Shown: positions 30,423 to 40,411 of the stretch, in pieces | Layout: every line of letters begins with the position of its first letter | Position numbering within the stretch: position 1 is the stretch's first letter | From: a virus | IMG/VR virus record: IMGVR_UViG_3300031566_008582 | Strand: one strand, 5' to 3' | DNA length: 64,000 nt | Translations under genes and position numbers: made by a program | The notes under the pieces: generated by a model | What the model saw: only the letters and a program-made list of their open reading frames with translations | Told to the model about the DNA's origin: nothing | Databases searched by the model: none

Positions 30423-30863
30423 ATGTCAAAAATTTTAATTGCCGGCAAACAGGCAACCCATATCAATATAATAAAATATATTGGAGATACACACGATATT
30501 ATTACTGTAATGACTTTTAATGATATGCAGAAAATTCTTTCTAATGGGTATTTTGATTTTATATTAGTATCACAAAATGGAGATACTACTGATGTTACAC
30601 GGATGCTGGAATATACACGTAAGCGTAGTCAAGAAGCTGTAATTATAGTTTTATTAAATAAACCACTACTCGATCATGAAACCGTTGATTGGGTGCAATA
30701 CCTGGCAAAAAATGTAGGTATAGATTTTTTTGTTCCCTTCTCTAGCGAGGCGGGCGAGATTTTAAACATAGCAATTACAAGCGCTACAACCAGGTTAAAA
30801 CAAAGGGAATTAGGTCCTCGATTTGAGGAGTTAGCTAATAAGATTTTAACTAAACTTTCTTAA
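30423..30863 (+). CDS. Receiver (REC)-like domain protein lacking phospho-Asp
   Basis: MSKILIA...FDFILVSQ...VIIVLL beta/alpha pattern. Confidence 0.45.
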   Translation: MSKILIAGKQATHINIIKYIGDTHDIITVMTFNDMQKILSNGYFDFILVSQNGDTTDVTRMLEYTRKRSQEAVIIVLLNKPLLDHETVDWVQYLAKNVGIDFFVPFSSEAGEILNIAITSATTRLKQRELGPRFEELANKILTKLS

Positions 30864-30874
30864 ACAGGGGGCTA

Positions 30875-31150
30875 ATGAATCCAAAACAAGAAAGTCTTCT
30901 GTTAAACATTATGGAAGGCGTTAATGACAAGCTGGATAAACAGCAAACCAAATGGTGGGTTAAAATTGCGATTATATATGGCATAGTAATTCTTCTGTTG
31001 GGTGGGCTAGCTCACTGGAACAAGTCTCAAGACGCTACTATAGAAACTTTAAAAAATGAAAACCATAAGTTAGAGTTAAGAATACAAAAATTAGAGACTC
31101 AACGCCAATTTGAAAAATTACGTATACCGGATAGTACAAAACATGAATAA
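30875..31150 (+). CDS. Small membrane protein (holin/spanin candidate)
   Basis: One TM helix plus coiled coil, upstream of amidase. Confidence 0.5.
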   Translation: MNPKQESLLLNIMEGVNDKLDKQQTKWWVKIAIIYGIVILLLGGLAHWNKSQDATIETLKNENHKLELRIQKLETQRQFEKLRIPDSTKHE

Positions 31151-32039
31151 AACCCTAATACAAACAGTAGTTTTAATAGCTGTCCTAGTTATAGCAGGAA
31201 TAGTTATAAAATATATAGTTATCAATAAATTTATTGGTGAGACTAAGCAGCAGATATCTAAAATTGTTCAGTTAGAAAAATTAAATAAAGATCAAAAAAC
31301 GATGTATGAAGACTCTCTATCTACAATCTGGTCTTTTACAACAACCAAAATTAAAAATCTTGAAAAAGAAGTAGACAACTTAACTGATAATTATCAAGCA
31401 TTTATTGATAGCTCAAAGGGAACTTTGTCAGCCGTCCATACCGGTAAAGGTGAAGTATCTATATCAGATACAGTACCAATCTCTGATATAGAAGATTGGC
31501 CAGACACATTAAAAATAACTACCCCTTGGGCTGAATTTTTCTATAACAGAAAACTGGAAATTGCTTCTATTAAATTAAATTTTCTGGTAAAGTTAGAAGG
31601 TATTGAAACTTCTGATCCTTACGGCAATCGTCAAGCTATAGAGAGAGTTTTTCTAGAATCCATACTTACAGGTGAAACAAGACCAGTAAAATGGGAAGCT
31701 AATTTTACGTTTTTCAAACAAAGTAAAAAATTATGGCATTGGTGGAACCCTAAAATCCATTCGGGCATATTATTAACTAAACCGGTTCAATATTGTTTAT
31801 CGGCTAATCTAATGTCTTTTGGTCTGGACAAATATATTGAAACTACCGCGTTTTATTTTTTAGATATCGGTGTAGCCAGTGACTTTCAAGATAAAATTAC
31901 CATAACAGGAATCCCTATTCTTTTGAATATGGGAAATTTTTTACCTTTTATTTCTAACGTAAATATAGGCCCAGGTTTGGGATTTGAAGTTAATTCTCAA
32001 AAACCTGTATTTATTATAAAAATGGATGTTACTTTTTAA
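31110..32039 (+). CDS. Membrane-anchored coiled-coil protein (lysis accessory candidate)
   Basis: N-terminal TM, coiled coil, C-terminal beta-rich region ending in F. Confidence 0.5.
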   Translation: MKNYVYRIVQNMNKTLIQTVVLIAVLVIAGIVIKYIVINKFIGETKQQISKIVQLEKLNKDQKTMYEDSLSTIWSFTTTKIKNLEKEVDNLTDNYQAFIDSSKGTLSAVHTGKGEVSISDTVPISDIEDWPDTLKITTPWAEFFYNRKLEIASIKLNFLVKLEGIETSDPYGNRQAIERVFLESILTGETRPVKWEANFTFFKQSKKLWHWWNPKIHSGILLTKPVQYCLSANLMSFGLDKYIETTAFYFLDIGVASDFQDKITITGIPILLNMGNFLPFISNVNIGPGLGFEVNSQKPVFIIKMDVTF

Positions 32040-32068
32040 TTGACTTATACTATTTTTATATGTATACT
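32040..32068 (+). promoter_or_regulatory. Sigma70-type promoter
   Basis: TTGACT-N17-TATACT upstream of amidase. Confidence 0.6.
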
Positions 32069-32094
32069 AAATTAGTTAAACCAAAATAATCACA

Positions 32095-32751
32095 ATGTTC
32101 AATTTAAATTACCCATGGCTTTTAGCAAAATCGTTGATAACCAACAAAAAAGTAGAGTATACTTTTTCAACGCCCGACGATACAGTTCAAATACCGGAAC
32201 TAAAAATAAATGATATTTCTATGGATTTGCCTTGGAATCCCGATAGAAAATGGGGAACACGTCCTCTGTCTATTATAGACAGTGTGATAGTTCACCAAAC
32301 ATTGGCAGCCAATCAAACATTGGCAGGCATAAATAAATATCATATCACGCCTGGACCAATGAACCATATTTCATCGAAAGGGTGTCCTCATATTTGTTAT
32401 CATTACGCGATAGAGCCTGACGGTAGGTGTTATAAATTAAACGATGACAGATATATAACGTGGCATTGCAAAGGTCACAACGCTGCTTCCCTAGGTGTTT
32501 TGGTTAATGGTAAATTTAGGGGACCAAGAGGGCTATCAGACTTTGAAGGCGACGATCCTTCAGTGGCTCAAATACACACTTTAAAAAGACTTTTAAATAT
32601 TATTGTTCTACCTTACGGACGTACAGTTAAAGGCCATTGCGATTACGATCCACAAAATAAGTCGGCGTGTCCAGGCTATGTAATAGAAGAACAAATTACC
32701 AATTGGAGTAAAAACGGCGGATATAACTATGAAAACACTAATAAACTTTAA
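32095..32751 (+). CDS. N-acetylmuramoyl-L-alanine amidase (Amidase_2, endolysin)
   Basis: IVHQT, YHYAIEPDG, WHCKGHN..SLGV, GHCD....SACPG. Confidence 0.85.
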   Translation: MFNLNYPWLLAKSLITNKKVEYTFSTPDDTVQIPELKINDISMDLPWNPDRKWGTRPLSIIDSVIVHQTLAANQTLAGINKYHITPGPMNHISSKGCPHICYHYAIEPDGRCYKLNDDRYITWHCKGHNAASLGVLVNGKFRGPRGLSDFEGDDPSVAQIHTLKRLLNIIVLPYGRTVKGHCDYDPQNKSACPGYVIEEQITNWSKNGGYNYENTNKL

Positions 32752-33829
32752 TTATGACGCAACTGATGAAGTAACTAGCGGAGATATAGCAAAGATCGCT
32801 ATGTTAGTTAACATTTCAAATATAAGCGAGGCCGCCAGGAAAACTGACATTCCATCGCAATTTGAAATGTTTAAATTAGCTGATGATCAATGCGCGTTAG
32901 TTATTAAAGACCCAAAGCACGGGTATATCAAAAAATACGCAAATTATAATCGAGATCTAACAGAATTAAATACATTCTTTTTCTTACAGAAAGCCGGGTA
33001 CCTGCCAGACGAAATCAATAAAACCGCGGCTTATTATCTTTTGGAGGCTAATAAGAAATTTAAACTAGAGCCTCCGGAAGAATTAAAGAAACTAGCAGGT
33101 AAAAATATAAAAAATAATATTATTCACATAACGTCTATAGATCCTGTTGTGTATCAAATGAAATTGGCACATCGAAAAAACGAGATAACAAAAACAGCTA
33201 TTCACAAATTAAAAGATGAGCAGTTCGCATTACCTAAACAAAGAAAATATCCTATTATAAATGAAGAAACAATTAAAACAGCAATGATGTATTTCGGTGC
33301 TTATAATGACCAGTTAGACACATTAGATAGAATTAATTTCGCCGTTAATACAATTCAGGCGGCTAAATCTTTTAATATTGAACCAAGCGAAGACATAAAA
33401 AAATATAGCCACTTATCTTTAAATAATATAAATCCTGATTTTAAATTTCAAATAAGAGAGCGGCAGTCTCTTGTTCTTGAGTCTGAAATAAAAGAATTGT
33501 ACGACGATATTCTAGAAAAATCGGCCGAACTGAAACCTATTAAATTAGCGGCATTACTTCGAAAGGCCGATGAGTTAGCAGGTCTGAAGAAACATTGGGG
33601 AAATTTTATTGAAGACCCCATTATTTCAACTTTAGACGTTATAAAAGAGGCATCAATTAAAATTGGCGAGATTACACTAACAAAAACTGCACTAACTAAA
33701 TTATGTGCTAAAGATGTTTCTAAATGGATCGATGGGAACACTTTAAAGGAATTACAAGGACCGGATGGATTAGACGTTTTTGCCAGTTTACCAAAACCAA
33801 CACAAGATGGATTATTGACAAACCTCTAA
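32729..33829 (+). CDS. Hypothetical protein
   Basis: 366-aa ORF; FALPKQRKYPI segment. Confidence 0.7.
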   Translation: MKTLINFNYDATDEVTSGDIAKIAMLVNISNISEAARKTDIPSQFEMFKLADDQCALVIKDPKHGYIKKYANYNRDLTELNTFFFLQKAGYLPDEINKTAAYYLLEANKKFKLEPPEELKKLAGKNIKNNIIHITSIDPVVYQMKLAHRKNEITKTAIHKLKDEQFALPKQRKYPIINEETIKTAMMYFGAYNDQLDTLDRINFAVNTIQAAKSFNIEPSEDIKKYSHLSLNNINPDFKFQIRERQSLVLESEIKELYDDILEKSAELKPIKLAALLRKADELAGLKKHWGNFIEDPIISTLDVIKEASIKIGEITLTKTALTKLCAKDVSKWIDGNTLKELQGPDGLDVFASLPKPTQDGLLTNL

Positions 33830-33841
33830 TCAACAAACGCT

Positions 33842-34111
33842 ATGTTGTTGTATCTTTTACTGATCGAAATAGGCTCAGCTTTAATAATATTAGCTGGGGC
33901 AATCCTTGTTTCGGTAACAATAAAAAAAGCTATAAAGGAACAAGGATCCAAGAAAATTGAAGTAAGTATGACAGACCGGTCTTATATGTCTGGTAAAAAA
34001 ATTAGTCCTGTTGTTGACGTAAAAGAACTAACTAAAATAGCTCTGCAGACTAAACCTGCCAAAGTTAATATAAACACTGACACTACTATCTTCGATGGGA
34101 AATCCAAATAA
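33842..34111 (+). CDS. Small membrane protein
   Basis: Hydrophobic N-terminus. Confidence 0.5.
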   Translation: MLLYLLLIEIGSALIILAGAILVSVTIKKAIKEQGSKKIEVSMTDRSYMSGKKISPVVDVKELTKIALQTKPAKVNINTDTTIFDGKSK

Positions 34112-35249
34112 GGAAAGACTCTTACACTTAATAAACCAAGGTCTTTCTGTTGAACAAATTTCTAAACAATTAAGACTGGCGGATTCCAATGATTTATTTT
34201 ATATTCTTGGAATGTACAGTCTTAAATTAAAACCAAAAAAGCAGGATGTTACAAATATGAGCGCAGGGTTAGATATTGGCACTAGCCGTCTATTATCAGC
34301 AAGAAACGACGGCCCTCAAATAATTTTAAAATCACAAAGAGATGCTTTTTTAAAATTACCTTCAGGTAAACAAACACAGAACGCGTTAAAACGACTTTCT
34401 GTAAATTATATTGAATTAGAAGGAAATTATTTTATTGTGGGCGATGACGCTTTCGAATACGCACATGTTTTTCCCGCAACTGATTTAAGGCGACCAATGG
34501 CTTCTGGTATGTTAAATCCAGCAGAACCTGACGCTTTTCCAATTTTACAAGCATTAATTCATAATCTTTTGGGGGACCCAAGAACAGAAAAAGAAAAATG
34601 TTATTATTCTGTACCGGCCCCGCCCATAGATGTTGATAAACTTACACAATATCATTCGGACATTGTGGGTGAAATAGTAAGATCTTTAGGATACGAGGCA
34701 CAACCTATTAATGAGGGATATGCCGTAGGTTTGATTGGTTTAGAAAAACATAATCTAACAGGTCTCGCTTTATGTTTTGGCGGAGGATTAGCTAACGCTG
34801 CGGTGCTATATAAAGGATTATCAGCCTTACAACTATCTGTCACAAAAGCTGGAGACTTTATAGATAATAACGCATCTCAGGATACTGGTATACCTAAAGT
34901 TCACATTACTGCGTTAAAAGAAAACGGAGAACTGGATATCTCTCAAACTCAGACTACTAGGGCCGGGCAAGCCATTAAATCTTATTATTTATTAGTTATC
35001 AGGCACGTGCTTACCAATTTATTAGAACAATTTAAACTAACTGAAAATATGCCTCATTTTGACGAGCCAATTGGTGTAGCCTGTGCAGGTGGAGGAGTAT
35101 TAATAAAAGGATTTGCTGAAATATTTAAACAAGAGTTTGAAGCTATGGAAATGCCTTTTAAATTAAAAGATAACGGACTTGAAATTATAGAAGATTCTCT
35201 CTCTGTTGTAGCTCGTGGATGTCTGTCGGAGGCTTTGTTAGATGAATAG
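34095..35249 (+). CDS. Actin-like ATPase (MreB/ParM/FtsA fold) with N-terminal HTH-like extension
   Basis: GLDIGTS (phosphate 1), INEGYA (connect 1), CFGGGLA (phosphate 2), CAGGG (adenosine). Confidence 0.75.
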   Translation: MGNPNKERLLHLINQGLSVEQISKQLRLADSNDLFYILGMYSLKLKPKKQDVTNMSAGLDIGTSRLLSARNDGPQIILKSQRDAFLKLPSGKQTQNALKRLSVNYIELEGNYFIVGDDAFEYAHVFPATDLRRPMASGMLNPAEPDAFPILQALIHNLLGDPRTEKEKCYYSVPAPPIDVDKLTQYHSDIVGEIVRSLGYEAQPINEGYAVGLIGLEKHNLTGLALCFGGGLANAAVLYKGLSALQLSVTKAGDFIDNNASQDTGIPKVHITALKENGELDISQTQTTRAGQAIKSYYLLVIRHVLTNLLEQFKLTENMPHFDEPIGVACAGGGVLIKGFAEIFKQEFEAMEMPFKLKDNGLEIIEDSLSVVARGCLSEALLDE

Positions 35250-35898
35250 TTTTTTAAAAGAAGCGATTCTTATTAAAATAGGTAAAAAATCTGTAAAAAA
35301 TGATACCTTACGAAGTACCGTGGCTGGTGGAATTGCTGGTGTCGTTGGAACAGCAGTTACACAGCCACTTGATAATGTGGTAGTTCAAATGCAGAATGAA
35401 TTGAAGGGAGTTGCCGAGGCACGGGCTAAAGGATTAAAGGCACCAATTAAAACTGTTAATAGTGCAAAAGATTTTTTGCGACAAGTAAAATTACAAACTT
35501 TAGCAAGAGACACCTGGACAAAAGTTACTCCCATTAGAGCACTTAAAGCTGGGATATCTACTGCCACTATTTTTGGTGCATATGCCGGCTTGAACCAATT
35601 AATGAAAAAACAAAGTTCTGTTTATAGCGATTTTGGGGTAAAGCCGGGAACTACTAAAAAAACCGAACCAACTACTTCCAGATGGACACCGTTAGACGCT
35701 GAGTCCAGATTAACGTGGTCTAAATTAACCGGCCATCAGAAAAAACAAGTTAATCAAACTTTCACAGATATGCCGGACAGATTGCGAGATCATAATAAAA
35801 CTTATTTTGTAAAAGAATTAAAAAAAGGAAGAAAGTTCGATAAACTTTTGGAACGTATTACGCAAAAATTACAAAAACAACCCAAGGCAGCACTCTAA
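35242..35898 (+). CDS. Hypothetical protein resembling a single mitochondrial-carrier repeat
   Basis: AGGIAGVVGTAVTQPLDNVVVQMQ and RALKAGISTATIFGAY segments. Confidence 0.5.
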   Translation: MNSFLKEAILIKIGKKSVKNDTLRSTVAGGIAGVVGTAVTQPLDNVVVQMQNELKGVAEARAKGLKAPIKTVNSAKDFLRQVKLQTLARDTWTKVTPIRALKAGISTATIFGAYAGLNQLMKKQSSVYSDFGVKPGTTKKTEPTTSRWTPLDAESRLTWSKLTGHQKKQVNQTFTDMPDRLRDHNKTYFVKELKKGRKFDKLLERITQKLQKQPKAAL

Positions 35899-36407
35899 TG
35901 ACTATAAATGAAATAATTATGTCTACAGAAGAAATTGAACCTGAAACTATTAGACAGATGTTTCCCACATTAAATGAATTAGATATAGAAAAAGTGCACG
36001 CGGCCAGGCTTATTATTCATACACGATTTCCATTTGAAGATTTTTATGTATTTGAGGACACTGTTCTGGCTTTAAACGGGTCTACTCCTGATTTTAGTAT
36101 TTTACAAGGTTGCACACCTGAACAAATATGGTATGCTGTTGACATAATGACTAAGTTAAGACCGCAGGTTGAGTTTTCTTGGGAAGTGCAAGCTTATTGT
36201 AAATGGATGTCAAATGATGCAGGCGTTTATATTTATCCCCCTGTTTTTGATGATTTAGATAATCCTTATTATGAAAAAGCCGTAGAATTAGCAAAAGGCG
36301 AACTAATAGATAACAGTTCGATTGAATCTACTCAAGCAGGAAAATATCTGGTAATACAAGTTTATATAAACCGCACGAAAAAAGAACAAAATACGGAGTG
36401 GAGGTAG
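35898..36407 (+). CDS. Hypothetical protein
   Basis: 169-aa ORF coupled upstream of portal-like gene. Confidence 0.7.
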   Translation: MTINEIIMSTEEIEPETIRQMFPTLNELDIEKVHAARLIIHTRFPFEDFYVFEDTVLALNGSTPDFSILQGCTPEQIWYAVDIMTKLRPQVEFSWEVQAYCKWMSNDAGVYIYPPVFDDLDNPYYEKAVELAKGELIDNSSIESTQAGKYLVIQVYINRTKKEQNTEWR

Positions 36408-36415
36408 ATTAAATT

Positions 36416-38281
36416 ATGCCAGTATCAAGCACCCCTTACCCTATAAGTGACTACCCATCAAACTACGCTAAATATCCTTCACCATTTTTTGATTTGTCGC
36501 GAACTTTTGTTCCGTCAAAAATTAAAACTTTATTTAAATTTTGCAGAGTCTTCTTTTATAAAAATGAGTTTATAAACAGTGTTCTCTATAAACTAACTGA
36601 ATATCCAATTACAGACTTAATTTTCAAACATAAAGATCAAGAATTAAAAGATAAGTATCGGGAATTATTTAATCACTATTTAAAAGTTAGAACCTTATTA
36701 ATAGAGATTGGTTTAGACTATCATACTTTTGGAAATTGCTTTATATCAGCCACTACAAAATTTAAAAGATATTTGACATGCCCACAGTGTCAGCATACTG
36801 TTCAAATCAGTGAACAAAAAGATTTAAAATTTAAACAATATAATTTTAATGGCACTTGTCAAAATTGTAAAACTCAAGTAACTTTTAAAATAGATGACAG
36901 ACCACTAAAAACTCCAGACGCAATTAAATTTATTCGTTGGCAACCTGAAAGAATCGATATTGATTATGATCCGCTTACTGGCGAATCTATTTATTATATT
37001 TCAGTTGATCCAAAAATAAAACAAGGTCTGGTACAAGGATCAAGAAAAATATATGAACGCACCCCATTAATATATATTGAAGCTCTCAAGAAAAAAAGAA
37101 AAATTCAACTAGACAGCAATAATTTATATCATTTTAAAAGACCAACTCTGGCCGATGAAGATATGTCCTGGGGTAAACCTGTTTTACTTCCAGCCTTAGG
37201 CATTATTTGGTATATGCAAACTTTACGCCGTGGAAATGAGGCAATTGCTTCAGAACATATTATTCCTCACAGAGCAATATTCCCCGCCGGTACTGGTAAT
37301 CTGGACCCGTATTCACAAGTAAATTTGACAAAATGGAGATCTCAAGTAGAAGCTCAATTAGAAAAATGGAAAGAAGACCCTAACCATATCGGAATATTTC
37401 CTATACCTATGGGAATGCAGTCTATGGGCGGAGATGCTAAGTCTCTAAACGTAACTCCTGAATTAAAATTTTTGGAAGAATCCGTTATTAACGCATTAGG
37501 CGTTCCTATAGAATTTGTAAAAGGCGGGGTTAACTGGACTGGGTCATCTATATCTTTAAGAATTGTAGAAAATCATTTTTTAAGTTATAGGGAACATTTA
37601 TTGGATTTTCTTAATTACTTTATGATTCCTAAAGTTGCTGAATTTTTAAAATACCCAACAGTGGCTGTTGAAATGAAGAAATTCAAGATGGCTGACGACA
37701 CGGAATCTAAACAATTGGCTATTCAACTTAATCAACTTGAAAAAATTTCTGATTCCAAACTTTTGGAAGATTTTGGTTATGATTATGACCGAGATAAAGA
37801 AGCCAAATTACGAGATATCGAATTCAGATCTGATTTATCTGAATTAATGTTGGCCAGACAGTCTCGTGCACAAGGTAAGGCACTTGTTGTACAAATGAAT
37901 TATCAGGCTCAAGGCGAAAAAGAATATTTAGACACTAAAGCTACAATGAGAGAAAAACTATTCGCAGATGAAATAGCTAATGAGAACGCTAAAGTTAAAA
38001 CTAAGTCAGAAAATTTAATAGAAAAATATACTTATGAAGTTATGTCATTACCAGAGGAACAACAGATTCCAATCTTAGAAAAAATGTATGCTAAAATACC
38101 GAACACTGCCATGGCGGTCGTAAATAGAATAAAAGATAGTCAAGCAGGTGTTCCTTTAGTTAATGGAACTAAACCACCGGCCGATAATCGGGCGGTTGAA
38201 GCTGAACAAGAAAAAAATAAAGTAAAAAAAGTAGAAGGAAAAAAAGATAAAAGCAAAGCCCAAACACGAGGTAACCCGTAA
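36416..38281 (+). CDS. Portal-like protein with Zn-ribbon insertion
   Basis: IELGLDYHTFGNCF-type motif, LYHFKR...WGKPVL, ESVINALGVP; CPQC..CQNC insertion. Confidence 0.65.
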   Translation: MPVSSTPYPISDYPSNYAKYPSPFFDLSRTFVPSKIKTLFKFCRVFFYKNEFINSVLYKLTEYPITDLIFKHKDQELKDKYRELFNHYLKVRTLLIEIGLDYHTFGNCFISATTKFKRYLTCPQCQHTVQISEQKDLKFKQYNFNGTCQNCKTQVTFKIDDRPLKTPDAIKFIRWQPERIDIDYDPLTGESIYYISVDPKIKQGLVQGSRKIYERTPLIYIEALKKKRKIQLDSNNLYHFKRPTLADEDMSWGKPVLLPALGIIWYMQTLRRGNEAIASEHIIPHRAIFPAGTGNLDPYSQVNLTKWRSQVEAQLEKWKEDPNHIGIFPIPMGMQSMGGDAKSLNVTPELKFLEESVINALGVPIEFVKGGVNWTGSSISLRIVENHFLSYREHLLDFLNYFMIPKVAEFLKYPTVAVEMKKFKMADDTESKQLAIQLNQLEKISDSKLLEDFGYDYDRDKEAKLRDIEFRSDLSELMLARQSRAQGKALVVQMNYQAQGEKEYLDTKATMREKLFADEIANENAKVKTKSENLIEKYTYEVMSLPEEQQIPILEKMYAKIPNTAMAVVNRIKDSQAGVPLVNGTKPPADNRAVEAEQEKNKVKKVEGKKDKSKAQTRGNP

Positions 38282-38445
38282 TGATAAAATATGGAACTAA
38301 ATTATATAGATGTACTCATTGCGGCCTGCAGACTACTATGCCGACCGAAGAATTTGAAAAACAGGCTAGCACAGAGACTTGTGCCGATGGTGGAAATAAA
38401 CACGAATTAAAAGAAGTTACCAATGAAGAAATTCAAGAAATTTGA
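38281..38445 (+). CDS. Small Zn-ribbon protein (not in ORF track)
   Basis: MIKYGTKLYRCTHCG...TCADGGNKH; start overlaps portal stop. Confidence 0.55.
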   Translation: MIKYGTKLYRCTHCGLQTTMPTEEFEKQASTETCADGGNKHELKEVTNEEIQEI

Positions 38446-38596
38446 TTTAGACAATCCTCAAGAAACTAGTGAATATGAAGATTTATTGAATAATCCAGAT
38501 AGATACACTATTATAAAAGAAAATTTTACATGGGACAAATTAAAAAATAATAAACCTTTCATAGCTGTTTGGTATGAAATATTAGACGAAATGTAA
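38423..38596 (+). CDS. Small hypothetical protein (not in ORF track)
   Basis: MKKFKKFDLDNP...VWYEILDEM, 57 aa, ends at terminator. Confidence 0.55.
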   Translation: MKKFKKFDLDNPQETSEYEDLLNNPDRYTIIKENFTWDKLKNNKPFIAVWYEILDEM

Positions 38597-38600
38597 AGTA

Positions 38601-38628
38601 AAAAGGGATGTTAGTTAACATCCCTTTT
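38601..38628. terminator. Bidirectional terminator at module boundary
   Basis: AAAAGGGATGTTA-GT-TAACATCCCTTTT perfect 13-bp inverted repeat. Confidence 0.8.
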
Positions 38629-38660
38629 ATTTTAATAGTTAGTGTGCACATTACTTTATA

Positions 38661-38909
38661 TTAGAAGATCAATGTATTGAAGAATGTACTGTCTAGTGGA
38701 TCAAATTTTTCAAGTTCACTAATTCGACTTTTGATGGATTTACTTACAATGTCTAGACTGTCCTCGTAATCTTTATCTAAGCTGTCTTTATAATCTTCTA
38801 AAAAATTTATTTGTATATTATTGTTAGAAGGTGTAGACGTATTAATAGTTAGAATACAAGACATAATAATTAGCAAAACTATAATGCTTATTAATAATGT
38901 TTTTTCCAT
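38661..38909 (-). CDS. Small membrane protein
   Basis: N-terminal hydrophobic helix; GGAG SD. Confidence 0.55.
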   Translation of the reverse strand: MEKTLLISIIVLLIIMSCILTINTSTPSNNNIQINFLEDYKDSLDKDYEDSLDIVSKSIKSRISELEKFDPLDSTFFNTLIF

Positions 38910-38920
38910 ATTTTACTCTC

Positions 38921-39286
38921 CTACAATAATGATCTATTTACAGCTTCTACAATACTCTGGGGAGTTGGATAATTATCGCTCCACATTTGATATTCTATAT
39001 CATAGGGGCCATCGTCTATTTCTATGTTATGGCTGTCTAATATTCTGACATTTATTTTCATCATTCGTCCAAACACATAATCCGCGTAGAAAACATTCGA
39101 TGGTGCGTGTCTTATATTACCAATATAGTCGCCAGAATTTTTAATATTATCCCAGACCTCGTCTTCAGTGGCGTTAGGCCGGTCTTTTAAAATTCCCATT
39201 CCAAAAGGTTTACCACAGGCTTGCCATAATAACCAAAAAAGTCTTTTACAAAAAATTTCTGGATTGTGTAAAATTTTTACTTTCAT
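38921..39286 (-). CDS. Hypothetical protein
   Basis: WQACG..GMGIL, YADYVFGRMMK motif; GGAG SD. Confidence 0.7.
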   Translation of the reverse strand: MKVKILHNPEIFCKRLFWLLWQACGKPFGMGILKDRPNATEDEVWDNIKNSGDYIGNIRHAPSNVFYADYVFGRMMKINVRILDSHNIEIDDGPYDIEYQMWSDNYPTPQSIVEAVNRSLL

Positions 39287-39314
39287 TTTTTACTCCTTCA
39301 ATAATGAAATATGG

Positions 39315-39343
39315 AAAAGACGGCCATTAAATTGGCCGCCTTT
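39315..39343 (-). terminator. Rho-independent terminator
   Basis: AAAGGCGGCCA/TGGCCGTCTTTT on minus strand. Confidence 0.55.
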
Positions 39344-39470
39344 CTTCTTAACAGAGGCAGGGGCCGACGGAACAGAATATCTGGAAGCCTGCATTTGACA
39401 CGCTTAAAATCACTGCCAACTGTTAGTAGGGTGAGTTGGTTTATAATATCTTATACCATTTTTATACGCG

Positions 39471-39653
39471 CTAATTTAATGTTTTATAGGTTATCAATAG
39501 AATCAAATCAGATCTGGTTTGTTTTAACACCAGATCTTCATGAGGCGCGGGAACTAATTGTGCGGAAAGTATTTCTATACCTTTCTTGCTCCAACTATTG
39601 ACTTTACCCTCTAAGTCTTCCACGGTCATACCACTGAAAAGTTTAATTTTCAT
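39471..39653 (-). CDS. Hypothetical protein
   Basis: MKIKLF....DLEGKVN small phage protein pattern. Confidence 0.6.
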   Translation of the reverse strand: MKIKLFSGMTVEDLEGKVNSWSKKGIEILSAQLVPAPHEDLVLKQTRSDLILLITYKTLN

Positions 39654-39840
39654 TTGTTATTAACCCCCTATTGTCTGCTTCAGAAAACACGGCTTGAGCC
39701 CAGTTATCCATAGTAGGACAACCGTATGGCCCTGGGTCATCCCAGGAATGGCCAGGAAAATAAGGAAAGTTATTCAAAGCCTTAGCCACAGCTAATAATT
39801 CTTCATTATCCATAGAATCTAATTTTTCTCTAAGAACCAT
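39643..39840 (-). CDS. Hypothetical protein
   Basis: AAAGGAG SD, TGGTATAAG motif upstream. Confidence 0.65.
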   Translation of the reverse strand: MVLREKLDSMDNEELLAVAKALNNFPYFPGHSWDDPGPYGCPTMDNWAQAVFSEADNRGLITNEN

Positions 39841-39877
39841 TGTTGCTCCTTTCTATCTTCTTATACCATTTTAAAGT

Positions 39878-39906
39878 AAAAAAAGGCCATCGTTAGATGA
39901 CCTTTT
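39878..39906 (-). terminator. Rho-independent terminator
   Basis: AAAAGGTCATC-TAAC-GATGGCCTTTTTTT on minus strand. Confidence 0.65.
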
Positions 39907-40046
39907 CTTCATAATGTCCCGCATCTTTACATCGAAGATTGGATTGTCTGTATTCAGAAATCTGCCTCGTCCCAACTCTCCGGGCGTAATAAATCAAACA
40001 GGACCTCAGTTGAAAGTTATCAACTGGGAATTGTAAACTCCATATA

Positions 40047-40409
40047 TTATCTTGTACCATTTTTTTGTTTCTTTATTTTTTTGCCATCAATAAATTGAGC
40101 CACCTCATGGTCATCTGATGTTCCATATGTAAATCTATAACAAGTAATAATTAAATGAGGCAACATTGGCGGATTATGCATTATACGGGTGACTAAATAA
40201 TACCTGGAATCAGTTATATGTTTGTTAAGGTATATTTCACAATCATTCTTAAGAATATTAATTATAGATGGGTCCACATATGTATGTTTTTTGATAATGT
40301 CTTCCCATTTTATTTGTACTTTGTAAATTGCTTTAGTTAATCCTTTCGGAGTTTCTCTATTACTTTCAAACTCTATTTCATGTTTTAAATATTTCCATTT
40401 GTGTTTCAT
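40047..40409 (-). CDS. Hypothetical protein
   Basis: 120-aa ORF after GT4. Confidence 0.6.
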   Translation of the reverse strand: MKHKWKYLKHEIEFESNRETPKGLTKAIYKVQIKWEDIIKKHTYVDPSIINILKNDCEIYLNKHITDSRYYLVTRIMHNPPMLPHLIITCYRFTYGTSDDHEVAQFIDGKKIKKQKNGTR

Positions 40410-40411
40410 TA

